Shown: positions 52,772-64,000 of the stretch, one piece after another | Position numbering within the stretch: the stretch's first letter is position 1 | How the letters are laid out: each line of letters opens with the position of its first letter | DNA from: Octopus vulgaris | Lineage: Eukaryota | Direction of reading: 5' to 3' | Assembly: GCA_951406725.2 (NCBI GenBank) | Contig: OX597825.1 | Location: forward strand, 76,942,001-77,006,000 | DNA: 64,000 bases | The notes under the pieces: generated by a model | The model's database searches: none | The model's input: only the letters and a program-made list of their open reading frames with translations | What the model was told of the DNA's origin: nothing | Made by a program: the position numbers and the translations under genes

Positions 52772-53689
52772 AGAAAGAATAAAAAAATAAAAAAAATATA
52801 TATATATATGCGATTTTCTGGTTTGGGGTAAAAGAAAATACAGGAGGATCAGTCGACTAGGATTTTATTCAACAGAATCTCCTGTCAGTTCCATACACTT
52901 ATTGCAGTAGTCCCTTGATTTTTTTAAGCCCTGTAAAAGAACTTGGAAGTTTGGGCCTCGAACCCAAGGTACTGCACTCTGAGATTGAACTGCCAAACCA
53001 CATATCTGGGAAGCAAACTTCTGAACCACACAGCAATGCTTGCGATTAGTGTCTCTGATATAAAATTACCAAAGGGATATTACATTTCTATTCTGATCAG
53101 CTTCAAGAAACCTAAGTTAAGTAGCAACATTTGACACTCTCTGTCTCTCTCTCTGGGTCTTTGCATTTATTCACATGTTTTTCATCATCTTCCTCATGAT
53201 CATTATCCTCATCTTCATTTATTGTCTATTTTCCATGCTGGCATGGGTTGGATGGTTTGACATGAACTGCCAACCAGAGAGCTACTCCAGGCACCAGTTG
53301 TCTGGTGCCTTGCTGTACTCAACAAGACCCATGTTCCACAGCAGAAGTGTTAAGACTTGTCCCTCTAGTGGTAAAAAGCACCCATGGTGGTGCCACATAG
53401 AACCACCAGTGCAGTGCCACTTAAAAGTGCCCATGTGGTACCACATAAAACTAGCTGTGTGGTGCCACATAAAATTGGCTGTGTGGTGACACGTAAAACT
53501 GGTTGTGTGGTGCCACGAAAAACTGGCTGTGTGGTACCACATGAAAACACCCAGCACATTCTGTATAGTGGTTGGCGTTGGGGAGGGCATCCTGCTGTAG
53601 AGACCATTCTAAGTCAGACATATGTACATAGACACATGCACAAACACACATACAAACACACACAAATGCACACACACACACACACACAT

Positions 53690-54790
53690 ACTCAAACACA
53701 TATAAAACATTGATACATACATACACAGAAGCACAGACACACACACATATATACAAGCACACACACATACACTATCACTCACATATACATGCACACACAC
53801 ACACACACACTAGATACACACACACACACACACTCTAGATACACACACACACACACTCAAACACATATAAAACATTCAGATACATACATACACAGAAGCA
53901 CAGACACACACACATATATACAAGCACACACACATACACTATCACTCACATATACATGCACACACACACACACACTAGATACACACACACACACACACAC
54001 TCTAGATACACACACACACACACACTCAAACACATATAAAACATTCAGATACATACATACACAGAAGCACAGACACACACACATATATACAAGCACACAC
54101 ACATACACTATCACTCACATATACATGCACACACACACACACACTAGATACACACACACACACACACTCTAGATACACACACACACACACTCAAACACAT
54201 ATAAAACATTCAGATACATACATACACAGAAGCACAGACACACACACATATATACAAGCACACACACATACACTATCACTCACATATACATGCACACACA
54301 CACACACACACACTAGATACACACACACACACACACTCTAGATACACACACACACACACTCAAACACATATAAAACATTCAGATACATACATACACAGAA
54401 GCACAGACACACACACACATATATACAAGCACACACACATACACTATCACTCACATATACATGCACACACACACACACACACTAGATACACACACACACA
54501 CACACTCTAGATACACACACACACACACACTCAAACACATATAAAACATTCAGATACATACATACACAGAAGCACAGACACACACACATATATACAAGCA
54601 CACACACATACACTATCACTCACATATACATGCACACACACATACACACACTAGATACACACACACACACACACTCTAGATACACACACACACACACTCA
54701 AACACATATAAAACATTCAGATACATACATACACAGAAGCACAGACACACACACACACACATATATACAAGCACACACACAAGCACTCTC
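53690..54790. repeat. ~168-bp CA-rich higher-order tandem repeat, about 7 units
   Basis: Marker CTCAAACACATATAAAACATT near 53691, 53855, 54024, 54190, 54359, 54530 and 54697. Confidence 0.9.
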
Positions 54791-55447
54791 ACTCACATGT
54801 ACATACACATACACACATGTGCTCTCATATACAGACATACATCCAAGTACTCACACACATACTCACACACACTCTAGATACACACACACACATCCATACC
54901 CCACTTGTACAGAAACACACACATCCAAGCACTGACACGGACATGAACACATACTCACAACCGCACCCATACACTCACTCAAACACATACATACGCACAT
55001 TCCCCCCACCACCACCACCACAATGTATACAGGTAGATAGAAAGAGAGAGAGAGAGAGAGAGAGGCCGTGCTGCTGTTTGGTATGTGCAGCATGAATGAA
55101 ATAACTGAAAATCTTGCTCGATGTAGGTTGGTTCTACCAAAATTACTTGTTTCTTGGAATCTCAAAGAGTTTTGCAAACTAGACTAAACTGAAGACAGAC
55201 AGAAGAAATAAAAGAAAGAACAACAACAACAACAAAAAAAAAAACAACCAACAACACCGAAACAAAGAATTTTACTCCCTAACCACAATTCCACAAAGAA
55301 TAAAGTCTGTTATAATGTTGAGATTTTTTCTTTTAGCATTCTCTGAAGAATGTTCTAAAAGTCTACAGAAATTTCCTGAAGATTTTCAAAACATAGATAT
55401 CACCTGGGTGTATTGGATGTAGCAGCCAGAGCAGCAGAAACAGCAAC

Positions 55448-55448
55448 T

Positions 55449-55496
<48 letters not shown>

Positions 55497-55708
55497 CTGG
55501 TGGTGGTGGTGGTGGTGGTGTTCATACTAGTAGCTGTAGTAGCATTAGTAGTAGTAATAGTAGTAGTGGTGATGGTAGTAGTCATAGTAATAGTAGTAGT
55601 GGTGGTAGTAGTAGTAGTGGTTGTGGTGGTGTTCCTACTAGTAGCAGTAGTAGCTATAGTAGTAGCATTAGTAGTAATAATAGTAGCAGTAGTGATGGTA
55701 GTAGTATC

Positions 55709-55777
<69 letters not shown>

Positions 55778-55898
55778 GTAGTGGTGGTAGTAGTAGTAGT
55801 GGTTGTATTGGTGTTCCTACTAGTTACAGTAGTAGCTGTAGTAGTAGCAGTAGTGATGGTAGTGGTAGTAGTATCAGTATAATTATTATTATTATTAT

Positions 55899-55929
<31 letters not shown>

Positions 55930-55940
55930 GGTGGTGGTGA
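55448..55940. repeat. (GTA)/(GTG)/(TTA) compound trinucleotide tract
   Basis: Directly visible. Confidence 0.9.
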
Positions 55941-56315
55941 TTTTTGCCTTCTTGGTAGTCTCTTGTGTCCAAGAAAGACGATTCCGCAACTTGTTTTGCT
56001 GAATAATCATCACAGATAATGTGTTTATAGCAATCGGATGCTGGTTCTGCACTTGGTCTGGCTCCTCCCATCAAATCATCATTGCTTGAATAGGTGCGGC
56101 CCCCTGTGCCACACATCATCTGTCAGTTGATCACAGACTAACGAGAGATGAAGTATTTTACCCAAGAACATGATACACTGCATGGTCTGGGAATTGAAAC
56201 CACAATCTCTCACTTGTATGTGCAACAATCTAATTACTAGGTCAGACTATAATGCATCTAACAAACTTGTGATTGAACATATTCCAGATGTGACCATCCA
56301 GTCTTTTTTTTGGAG

Positions 56316-57504
56316 CAGTGGTTCTTAACCGGGGGTCAATAAGGTCCCTGAGGGTTAAGATAAGATTTTTTGGGGTTCACGCAACAAAATAGCAAATTGG
56401 TTATCTGCAACAGTATTTTTGGGGCCACTGAAAAAATTTTGATTTAAATGTATGTATTGGTATGTATTGCAAGAGACAGCTGGGTTTCTTTCTTGAAGGT
56501 TTTACTTTGTTCAACATACACAAGTTAATGTGTGAAAAACAAAATAGAAATTTTGAAAGAAATTTCTATAAGACCAATCTTAAACATTGAATGACAATAA
56601 GGGCCCACTAGAATAAAATAGTAATGAAAGGGGTCCGTAGGTAAAAAATGCTTTAGATGTATGTATTATGTATTGCAAGAAACAGCTGGGTTTCTTTCTG
56701 TAACATTTTACATAGGTCTGCCTACCCAAGTTAAAAATTAACACTTTCGTTACTGTATTTCTGTTGAGATGCTCTGTGTTTCTTTCAGTTATTCTCTCTT
56801 TACTCTTTTTACTCTTTTCAGTCATTTGACTGCGGCCATGCTGGAGCACCACCTTTAGTCGAGCAAATCGACCCCGGAACTTATTCTTTGTAATCCCAGT
56901 ACTTATTCTATCGGTCTCTTTTGCCGAACCGCTAAGTGACGGGGACGTAAACACACCAGCATTGGGACAAACACAGACATACAAACACACACACACACAA
57001 ATATATATATATATATATATATACATATATACGACAGGCTTCTTTCGGTTTCCGTCTATCAAATCCACTCACAAGGCTTTAGTCGGCCCGAGGCTATAGT
57101 AGAAGACACTTGCCCAAGATGCCACATAGTGGGACTGAACCCAGAACCATGTGGTTGGTAAGCAAGCTAATTACCACACAGCCACTCCTTACCTTAAATA
57201 TAACAAGCAATTTAGTAAAATAACTTAGCTATCATTCAGCTGGTGTTAGGAACCTAAATTGTGACTAAGGTTTGGTGGAAGATTTTAATTCAAGACTTAT
57301 GAAAACAAGGCATTTGTACTACAGAGCCAGAGGCGGTTTCAGCCGGGTTTGGTAACGAAAGGGTTAATATATGGAAAACAAAACAGGAATTTTGAAAGAA
57401 GTTTCTATAAAGCTAGTTTGTAAATATCAAGTAACTATGGGGGTTCACCAAAATAAAATACTAATCAAAGAGGTCCGAAGATTTAAATTGGCTGAGAACC
57501 CCTG
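56316..57504. mobile_element. hAT (Charlie-like) MITE hosting nested insertions
   Basis: TIRs CAGTGGTTCTTAACC / GGCTGAGAACCCCTG; 8-bp TSD ttttggag / ttttagag. Confidence 0.75.
56742..57363. mobile_element. piggyBac-type MITE, copy 3, interrupted by a family A SINE (56794-57190, -)
   Basis: TTAA|CACTTTCGTTAC ... GGTAACGAAAGGG|TTAA; same body as the 26081 and 26328 copies. Confidence 0.85.
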
Positions 57505-57940
57505 TTTTAGAGTATGTCTGGTGGGCCTCTTCTAGTGATATAGCATGGGTTTTGGCTTTCCCATGTGGTAACCAGATTAGCTTTGCCCCTTCTTTAAACA
57601 TAACCTACCTTTACCTGTAACCAGCTCATCATCATCATCATCATCATCATCGTCATTTAACATCTGTTTTCCATGCTGGTATGGGTTGGACAGTTTGACA
57701 GGGGCCTGAGAGGCAGAGCACTCTACCATGTTCCAGTTGTCTGCGTTGGCATGGCTTCTACAGTGGGATGCTCTTGCTGATGCCAACCACTTTACAGAAG
57801 GTACAGAGTGCTTTTTACATGGTACTGGCACCAGTGAGATTACCTGGTAACTTGCAAGACAAGCCCCCCCCCTCTCAACTGAGAGCAGCGAATAATATTG
57901 CAGAAAGTGGCTTTAAGTCATGTGATATGAGTTAGGGGAA

Positions 57941-58070
57941 GTTGATTGTTTGGTGTTACCTCGTTAACCTAATTAATAATGAAGGAGGCTGCTCTGAAAA
58001 CATAGTCACAAGGATAGGAACAGGCTGGAGAAAGTTCAGAGAGCTATTACCTCTGCTGGTAACAAAGAGC
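57941..58070 (+). pseudogene. RTE-clade LINE reverse-transcriptase fragment
   Basis: Peptide NEGGCSENIVTRIGTGWRKFRELLPLLVTK is typical of the post-RT region of RTE/RTE-X elements (recognised from memory). Confidence 0.65.
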
Positions 58071-58632
58071 CAAACCCTCAGAATGATGATGTGGTTGTGA
58101 TGGTGATAACAACAATGATGATTATGATGGTGATGATGATGATTATTGTGATGATGATGAGGATGATGATGATGATGGTGATGGTGATGGGGATTATGAT
58201 AGTAGAGTTTTTTGTTTGTTTTTTTTTTTTTTCTTTTTTGTTTTTACAGTATAAAAGCAAATATATTCTGGTCTGGTAACCAACAATAAAAGACGAAAGC
58301 AAAATATTGTTCAAAGAAGGTTGTGGTGGTGGTGTTGGTGGTAGTTGTGGCGGTGATGGTGGTGGTGGTGGTGGTGGTGGTAATAAAGGGGTCGGGTGGG
58401 GTTGAAGGAATATATAATAATTGGTATTGATAATAATGCCAATTATTGAATAGCGTATGTGTGTGAATATCTGTGTATGTGTCAGTGTGTGTATATATAA
58501 TGTATATATGTATACATACATATATATATATATTCATGTACACATACATATCTGTCTATCTACCTATCTAGCTAGCTAGCTATCTCTATACACACACACA
58601 CATATATGAATATATGCATGTATATATGTATA

Positions 58633-58663
<31 letters not shown>

Positions 58664-58664
58664 G

Positions 58665-58713
<49 letters not shown>

Positions 58714-59368
58714 ATGTATATATATTTGTATATATGTATGTATATGTATATATATTTGTATATATGTATGTACAAGTATATATGTATGTATAAATGTATA
58801 TATACACGTGAGGCTATAGTAGAAGACACTTGCCCAAGATGCCATGCAGTAGGATTGAACCCAGAACCATGTGTTTGGGAAGTAAGCTTCTTACCACACA
58901 GCCACGCTTGCACCTTGTACATATTTCAACACCATCATTTTATCCTCTTAATCATCAGAAGCATAATTTGACACCTGTATTTTTCTTGCTGGTCAGCTGT
59001 CAGCACAGGCTATAAAAACATGCCCCGGGCTGACCTCTATATTAGCATGAAAATAAATGCTTCCTGATTCTGTTTCAAGGCCGGCTATTTTGAGGAGAGG
59101 AACAGGTTGATTACATCAACACCTCCAGTACTTTACTGGTACTTTACTTTAGCAATCCTGACAAGAGGGAAATCAAAATGGGCATGGCTGTGTGGTTAGG
59201 GAGCTTGCTTCCTAACTACATGGTTTTGGGTTCAGTCCCACTGCGTGGCACTTTGGGTAGGTGTCTTCCGCTATAGCCCCGAGCCGACCGGAGCTTTGTG
59301 ATTCAATTCGGTAGGCAGGAGTTACTGCTGTGTGTGTATATGGGCATATAGCTGCTCCGTGCCTCTCC

Positions 59369-59410
<42 letters not shown>

Positions 59411-60342
59411 ATCTCTGTAGAATTTGAATTCAGAACATGAAAATCTGGAAGAATTTTGTCCTGCCTGCTTCCGATTCTGCCAGCTGGCCACCTTCAGTTG
59501 TAAATAAATAAAACTGAATTATTAACCAAATGATCTGAATTTTGTCCTACCATCTGGATGGTCATTCTCGGATTTGCTCAGCTTTCATGATTGGCACACC
59601 ATTCATGATAATCCATGATAACACTTCATGTTGGTTAGTGAACTGATCAGTGGAGGCTTTTTCTGCATAGTGGATCTTCTGGAAATAGCAGTCAGATTAC
59701 CCTCTTATCATAACAATATACCTTTCAAAATGTGACAAAAAGATTGAGAGCGAAATTCCTTTGATCATGGGTATATTTAGGGCTGACATGCGATTAAATA
59801 ACCGCCACTAACACCCCCACCTCCGTCAGCATCAGCACCACCACTACAACAACAACAACAACAACAACAGCCAATGTAGTAATTATTAATGAGAACTGAG
59901 CTAGCATAACAAAACTTGTGTCAGTTCAAATGAAAATTGATTTGATGATGCTTACCGAAAAACTATTGTAGCACAATACACTACCGCACTAATGTAGGGA
60001 AGTTAATGATGGTGATGATGATGATGATATACAGCAGTGTATATGTATGTGTGAGTGTTTATGCATGTGTTTGTGTGTGTGTGTGTGTATGTATACACAC
60101 ATATATAATTACATATATATAGATATATATGTGTGTGTGTATGTCTGTATATATATGTGTGTGTGTGTGTGTGTGTATATCCCTCTTTCTCTTTCGGAGA
60201 GGCACTGAGCACCTACACGCACACATACACACACGGCAGTAACTTCCGCCTACCGAATTCAATCACAAAGCTTCGGTCGACTCGGGGCTATAGTGGAAGA
60301 CACCTACCCAAAGTGCCTCACAGTGGGACTCAACCCGAAACC

Positions 60343-60406
<64 letters not shown>

Positions 60407-60629
60407 GTTCCTTTATTACCCACAAGGAGTTAAACACAGAGAGGACAAACAAGGAAAGACAAACAGATTAAGTCGATTACATCGACCCCAGTCCGTAACT
60501 GGTACTTAATTTATCGACCCCGAAAGGATGGAAGGCAAAGTCGACCTCAGCAGAATTTGAACCCAGAACGTAACGGCAGACGAAATACGGCTACGCATTT
60601 CGCCCGGCGTGCTAACGTTTCTGCCAGCT
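60407..60629 (-). mobile_element. Family B SINE
   Basis: Reverse complement of the 34817 copy. Confidence 0.85.
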
Positions 60630-61183
60630 ATATATATATATATATACAATAAAAATGGTAAATAATTTTTCAGTGGTTTTTTGTACAACCAACAATTATT
60701 TACTGGTAAATTTTGGTATGTAAATATGACGATTTCAGCATCATGAACTTCTGTAAAGTTCAGTATATAGTAAAAATAATTAAAAGGGCTGGCAACAGGC
60801 TACTTCACCGCATACCAAAGGAATTAGAAATAGCAGTCAAAGACCGTTTTTTACCATTTTCTATAAGTGGAGGTTCCATATACGACAGACCCTGCGATTC
60901 ACACACGCAAAATCGGAGTAGCAAATAAACGAGAACAATCTCTTACTGTTAATGATGAACATGTTTCTAGATCACAAGCTAGAAATTGCTTGATTTCCTT
61001 CGTCAACATCATATTCGATAGATTTACCAAATGCCACAACCCTTCACCTCTGACCAAGCGCCATCAGATTGTGGGGGGAGGTGTGCATATGTTAAAACTA
61101 AGTAATGACTGGAATCGTAAATTTTCCCTCCAAAATTCTGCTATGCACGCCGCCTGAGTAATCACAATGGAATAGGAAATCCA

Positions 61184-61590
61184 CATCATCATCATCATCG
61201 TTTAACGTCTGTTTTCCATGCAAGCATGGGTTGGACGGTTCAACTGGGGTCTGGGAAGCCAGCAGGCTGCACCAGGCTCCAGTCTGATCTGGCAGTGTTT
61301 CTACAGCTGGATGCCCTTCCTAACGCCAACCACTCCATGAGTGTAGTGGGTGCTTTTTACGTGCCACCTGCACAGGTGCCAGAGGAGGTTGGCAAACGGC
61401 CACGATCAGATGGTGCTTTTTACATGCCACCGGCGCGGGGGCCAAACGAGGCTGGCAACAGCCACAATCGGATGGTGCTTTTTATGTGCCACCGGCACGG
61501 AGGGCATTCGAGGCAACGCTGTCAACAGCCATGTTCGGATGGTTCTCTTATGTGCCACCGGCACTGGTATCACAGCTACAATTTCCATTG
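61184..61590 (-). mobile_element. Family C element with internal subrepeats
   Basis: Same body as the 11047 copy. Confidence 0.85.
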
Positions 61591-62150
61591 ATGTTATGTG
61601 TTTATAAATCTTCATGTTCAACCGTTGAAGTGATGAGGACTGCCTTGTTACCCTTAATGATGACTGATGACTTGCACTTTGTTTAAAGTGAAGAAGAGTT
61701 GTGCAGCGTCAATTTCACCCTCTCATCTGTAACCGTCTTCAATGCAGTGGTAAGACCAAGTTCAAGATGGCTTGAGGATGGAGGGAGATGCTGATGGAGG
61801 AAGACCAAGATGTCTTGCTCCCCTCATCTTACTCTCTCCATTTGGCAATGCACTGCTGCAGCTGCCTTTCCCTCCATGGAACCATCAGTTTTCTTCTGCA
61901 GAGTCTGCAGGATCCAGTCTTCACATGCATAGGTAGGAAAGCCCTAGCAGGCTAATTAACCCATAGCTGGAGTCCTGACAGGTGCTACGACTCCAGGCCA
62001 GAGAAGACCTGGGAACAAATGTGGCTAAGAGATAATTCCATGATCCTCAAAACCTTAGATCTCCCAAACTAGGACCCTGATACTGAATGCAGCTTAAAAT
62101 CATACCCAGGAAACAGAAAAATGTATTTCCATTTGTTTACTGTACACCAC

Positions 62151-62395
62151 ATCATCATCATCATTTAACATCCATTTTCCATGCTAGCATGGGTTGGACG
62201 GTTCAACTGGGGTCTGGGAAGCCAGAAGGCTGCACCAGGCCCAGTCTGATCTGGCAGTGTTTCTACAGCTGGATGCCCTTCCTAACGCCAACCACTCCGA
62301 GAGTGTAGTGGGTGCTTTTTATGTGCCACCTGCACAGGTGCCAGAGGAGGCTGGCAAACGGCCACGATCGGATGGTGCTTTTTATGTGCCATCGG
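62151..62395 (-). mobile_element. Family C RTE-related SINE
   Basis: Same body as the 11047 copy. Confidence 0.85.
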
Positions 62396-62560
62396 CCCGA
62401 AACTATATGCTAATTATATCAAATTCATTTTATATTTTCTAATACAAGCTTATCTTATTAAAGGCTAACTAGCTATGAAGTATAACAAAACAAGATGTAT
62501 TATACATGTTTACTTTTTATAAAGAATTATAAACCATAATCCTATAGTTTATAATTCTTA

Positions 62561-62970
62561 GGCGCAGGAGTGGCTGTGTGGTAAGTAGCTTCTTTACCAA
62601 TCACATGGTTCCGGGTTCTGTCCCACTGCGTGGCATCTTGGGCAAGTGTCTTCTACTATAGCCTCGGGCTGACCAAAGCCTTGTGAGTGGATTTGGTAGA
62701 CGGAAACTGAAAGAAGCCCATCGTATATATGTGTACATCTATATATATATGTGTGTGTGTTTGTGTGTCTGTGTTTGTCGCCCTAGCATTGCTTGACAAC
62801 CGATGCTGGCGTGTTTATGTCCCCGTTACTTAGCGGTTCGGCAAAAGAGACCGATAGAATAAGTACTGGGCTTACAAAAGAATAAGTCCTGGGGTCGAGT
62901 TGCTCGATTAAAGGTGGTGCTCCAGCATGGCTGCAGCCAAATGACTGAAACAAGTAAAAGAGTAAAGAGT
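62561..62970 (+). mobile_element. Family A SINE, full length
   Basis: Same structure as the 8834 copy. Confidence 0.9.
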
Positions 62971-63365
62971 ATAGGATAATTATATTAACTCTATCATATA
63001 TCTTCCCATACATGTCATATGTGCTTTAAATATACATTAATTGTTTAAATATTCTGGCAACTAATTTACAATATGCAGATTGGTTTAGCCGTTTCAGATA
63101 ACTTTTAGTTTGTATTTGCTTCAAATAATGACTACTGCTAAGTTTTCTTCAGAAGAATAGGGGTAATGTGTGCTTATCCTCTAATTAGGGGTCAACTAAT
63201 TATGGAGCATGTCAGAACAATCTCCTTAATTTTTTTAGGTTGGCGGGGGGGCAGGGGAAGTAATATTATTATATTTGTTTATGTTCTACAGCATACCTGT
63301 TAGAAACTGTCGGCTAACAATATTATATTCATCTCATATTTTCCAGTATATGTATTTTTGTGCAC

Positions 63366-63406
<41 letters not shown>

Positions 63407-64000
63407 GGATCTATGTATGTGTTATGAACACACACATGCACACATACTCTCATGCATATATGTAAGTGTGTGTATATACATGTATGACGTGTTTATGCAT
63501 ATTTCTATATGTGTATGTATGAGTGTATGCGTAAGTAGATGAGTTTGTCTACATATATCTGTATGTTTATACATGTGTGTAGTGTGTGTGTGTGTGTTGT
63601 TTGTATGTGTGTATTTGTGTATGTAAATGCATGTGAAAGTGTGTATTTCTGAGTCTGTGTGTTTGTATTTGTGTATGTGGTGTGTGTGTGTGCTTGTGTG
63701 TGCATGTGTGTACTTGTGTGTGTGTGTGTGCTTGTGCATGTACGTTTGTAAGTATATCGTGTGTGCATGTGTGAATGCATGCATCTGTCTTGACTTTTAT
63801 TCTACATTTCTATATGTGTATGTATTTATTCTACATTCATTCTTTATTTGGAACTCATTCAACAGAACCTGATTCCTTTGTCTCTCTTTTAGACAACAAT
63901 AACTCCAGACAAATGTAGAATTCTTGCAGAAATTTCCACACATAATTTACCGAACTACTGAAATAATGGAATCTTTGAAACATTCAAAGATTTTTGCATT

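Noticed and set aside
61620-61945. GC-richer unique segment as a possible exon
   Set aside because: No long open frame with splice sites; minus-strand YACEDW suggests a very decayed RTE LINE piece, too weak to list as a feature.

Overview
This is AT-rich eukaryotic DNA with no recognisable intact protein-coding gene. The repeat content (tRNA-headed SINEs with internal microsatellites, RTE-tailed (ATG)n elements, dense CA/TA/CAT microsatellites) points to an octopus or other coleoid cephalopod intron or intergenic region; the taxon is inferred from remembered repeat families, not from a search. Almost all ORFs in the track are microsatellite or SINE read-through. Supported features: at least five SINE-like families; decayed transposase fragments (mariner, hAT); retroelement fragments (Penelope-like, RTE); MITEs (piggyBac TTAA-type, hAT, a long foldback); Helitron and Helentron-type non-autonomous elements; several minisatellite arrays; a 100-N gap; and one plausible 99-nt exon. 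The most interesting signal is a set of short non-autonomous elements carrying minimal type-I hammerhead ribozyme motifs of the Penelope pseudo-LTR kind. At least three sequence families occur, often as inverted pairs (one with a 13-bp target-site duplication). One copy has a tRNA-like Pol III head, and two families have variant catalytic cores (G3-C8 swap, U4C).
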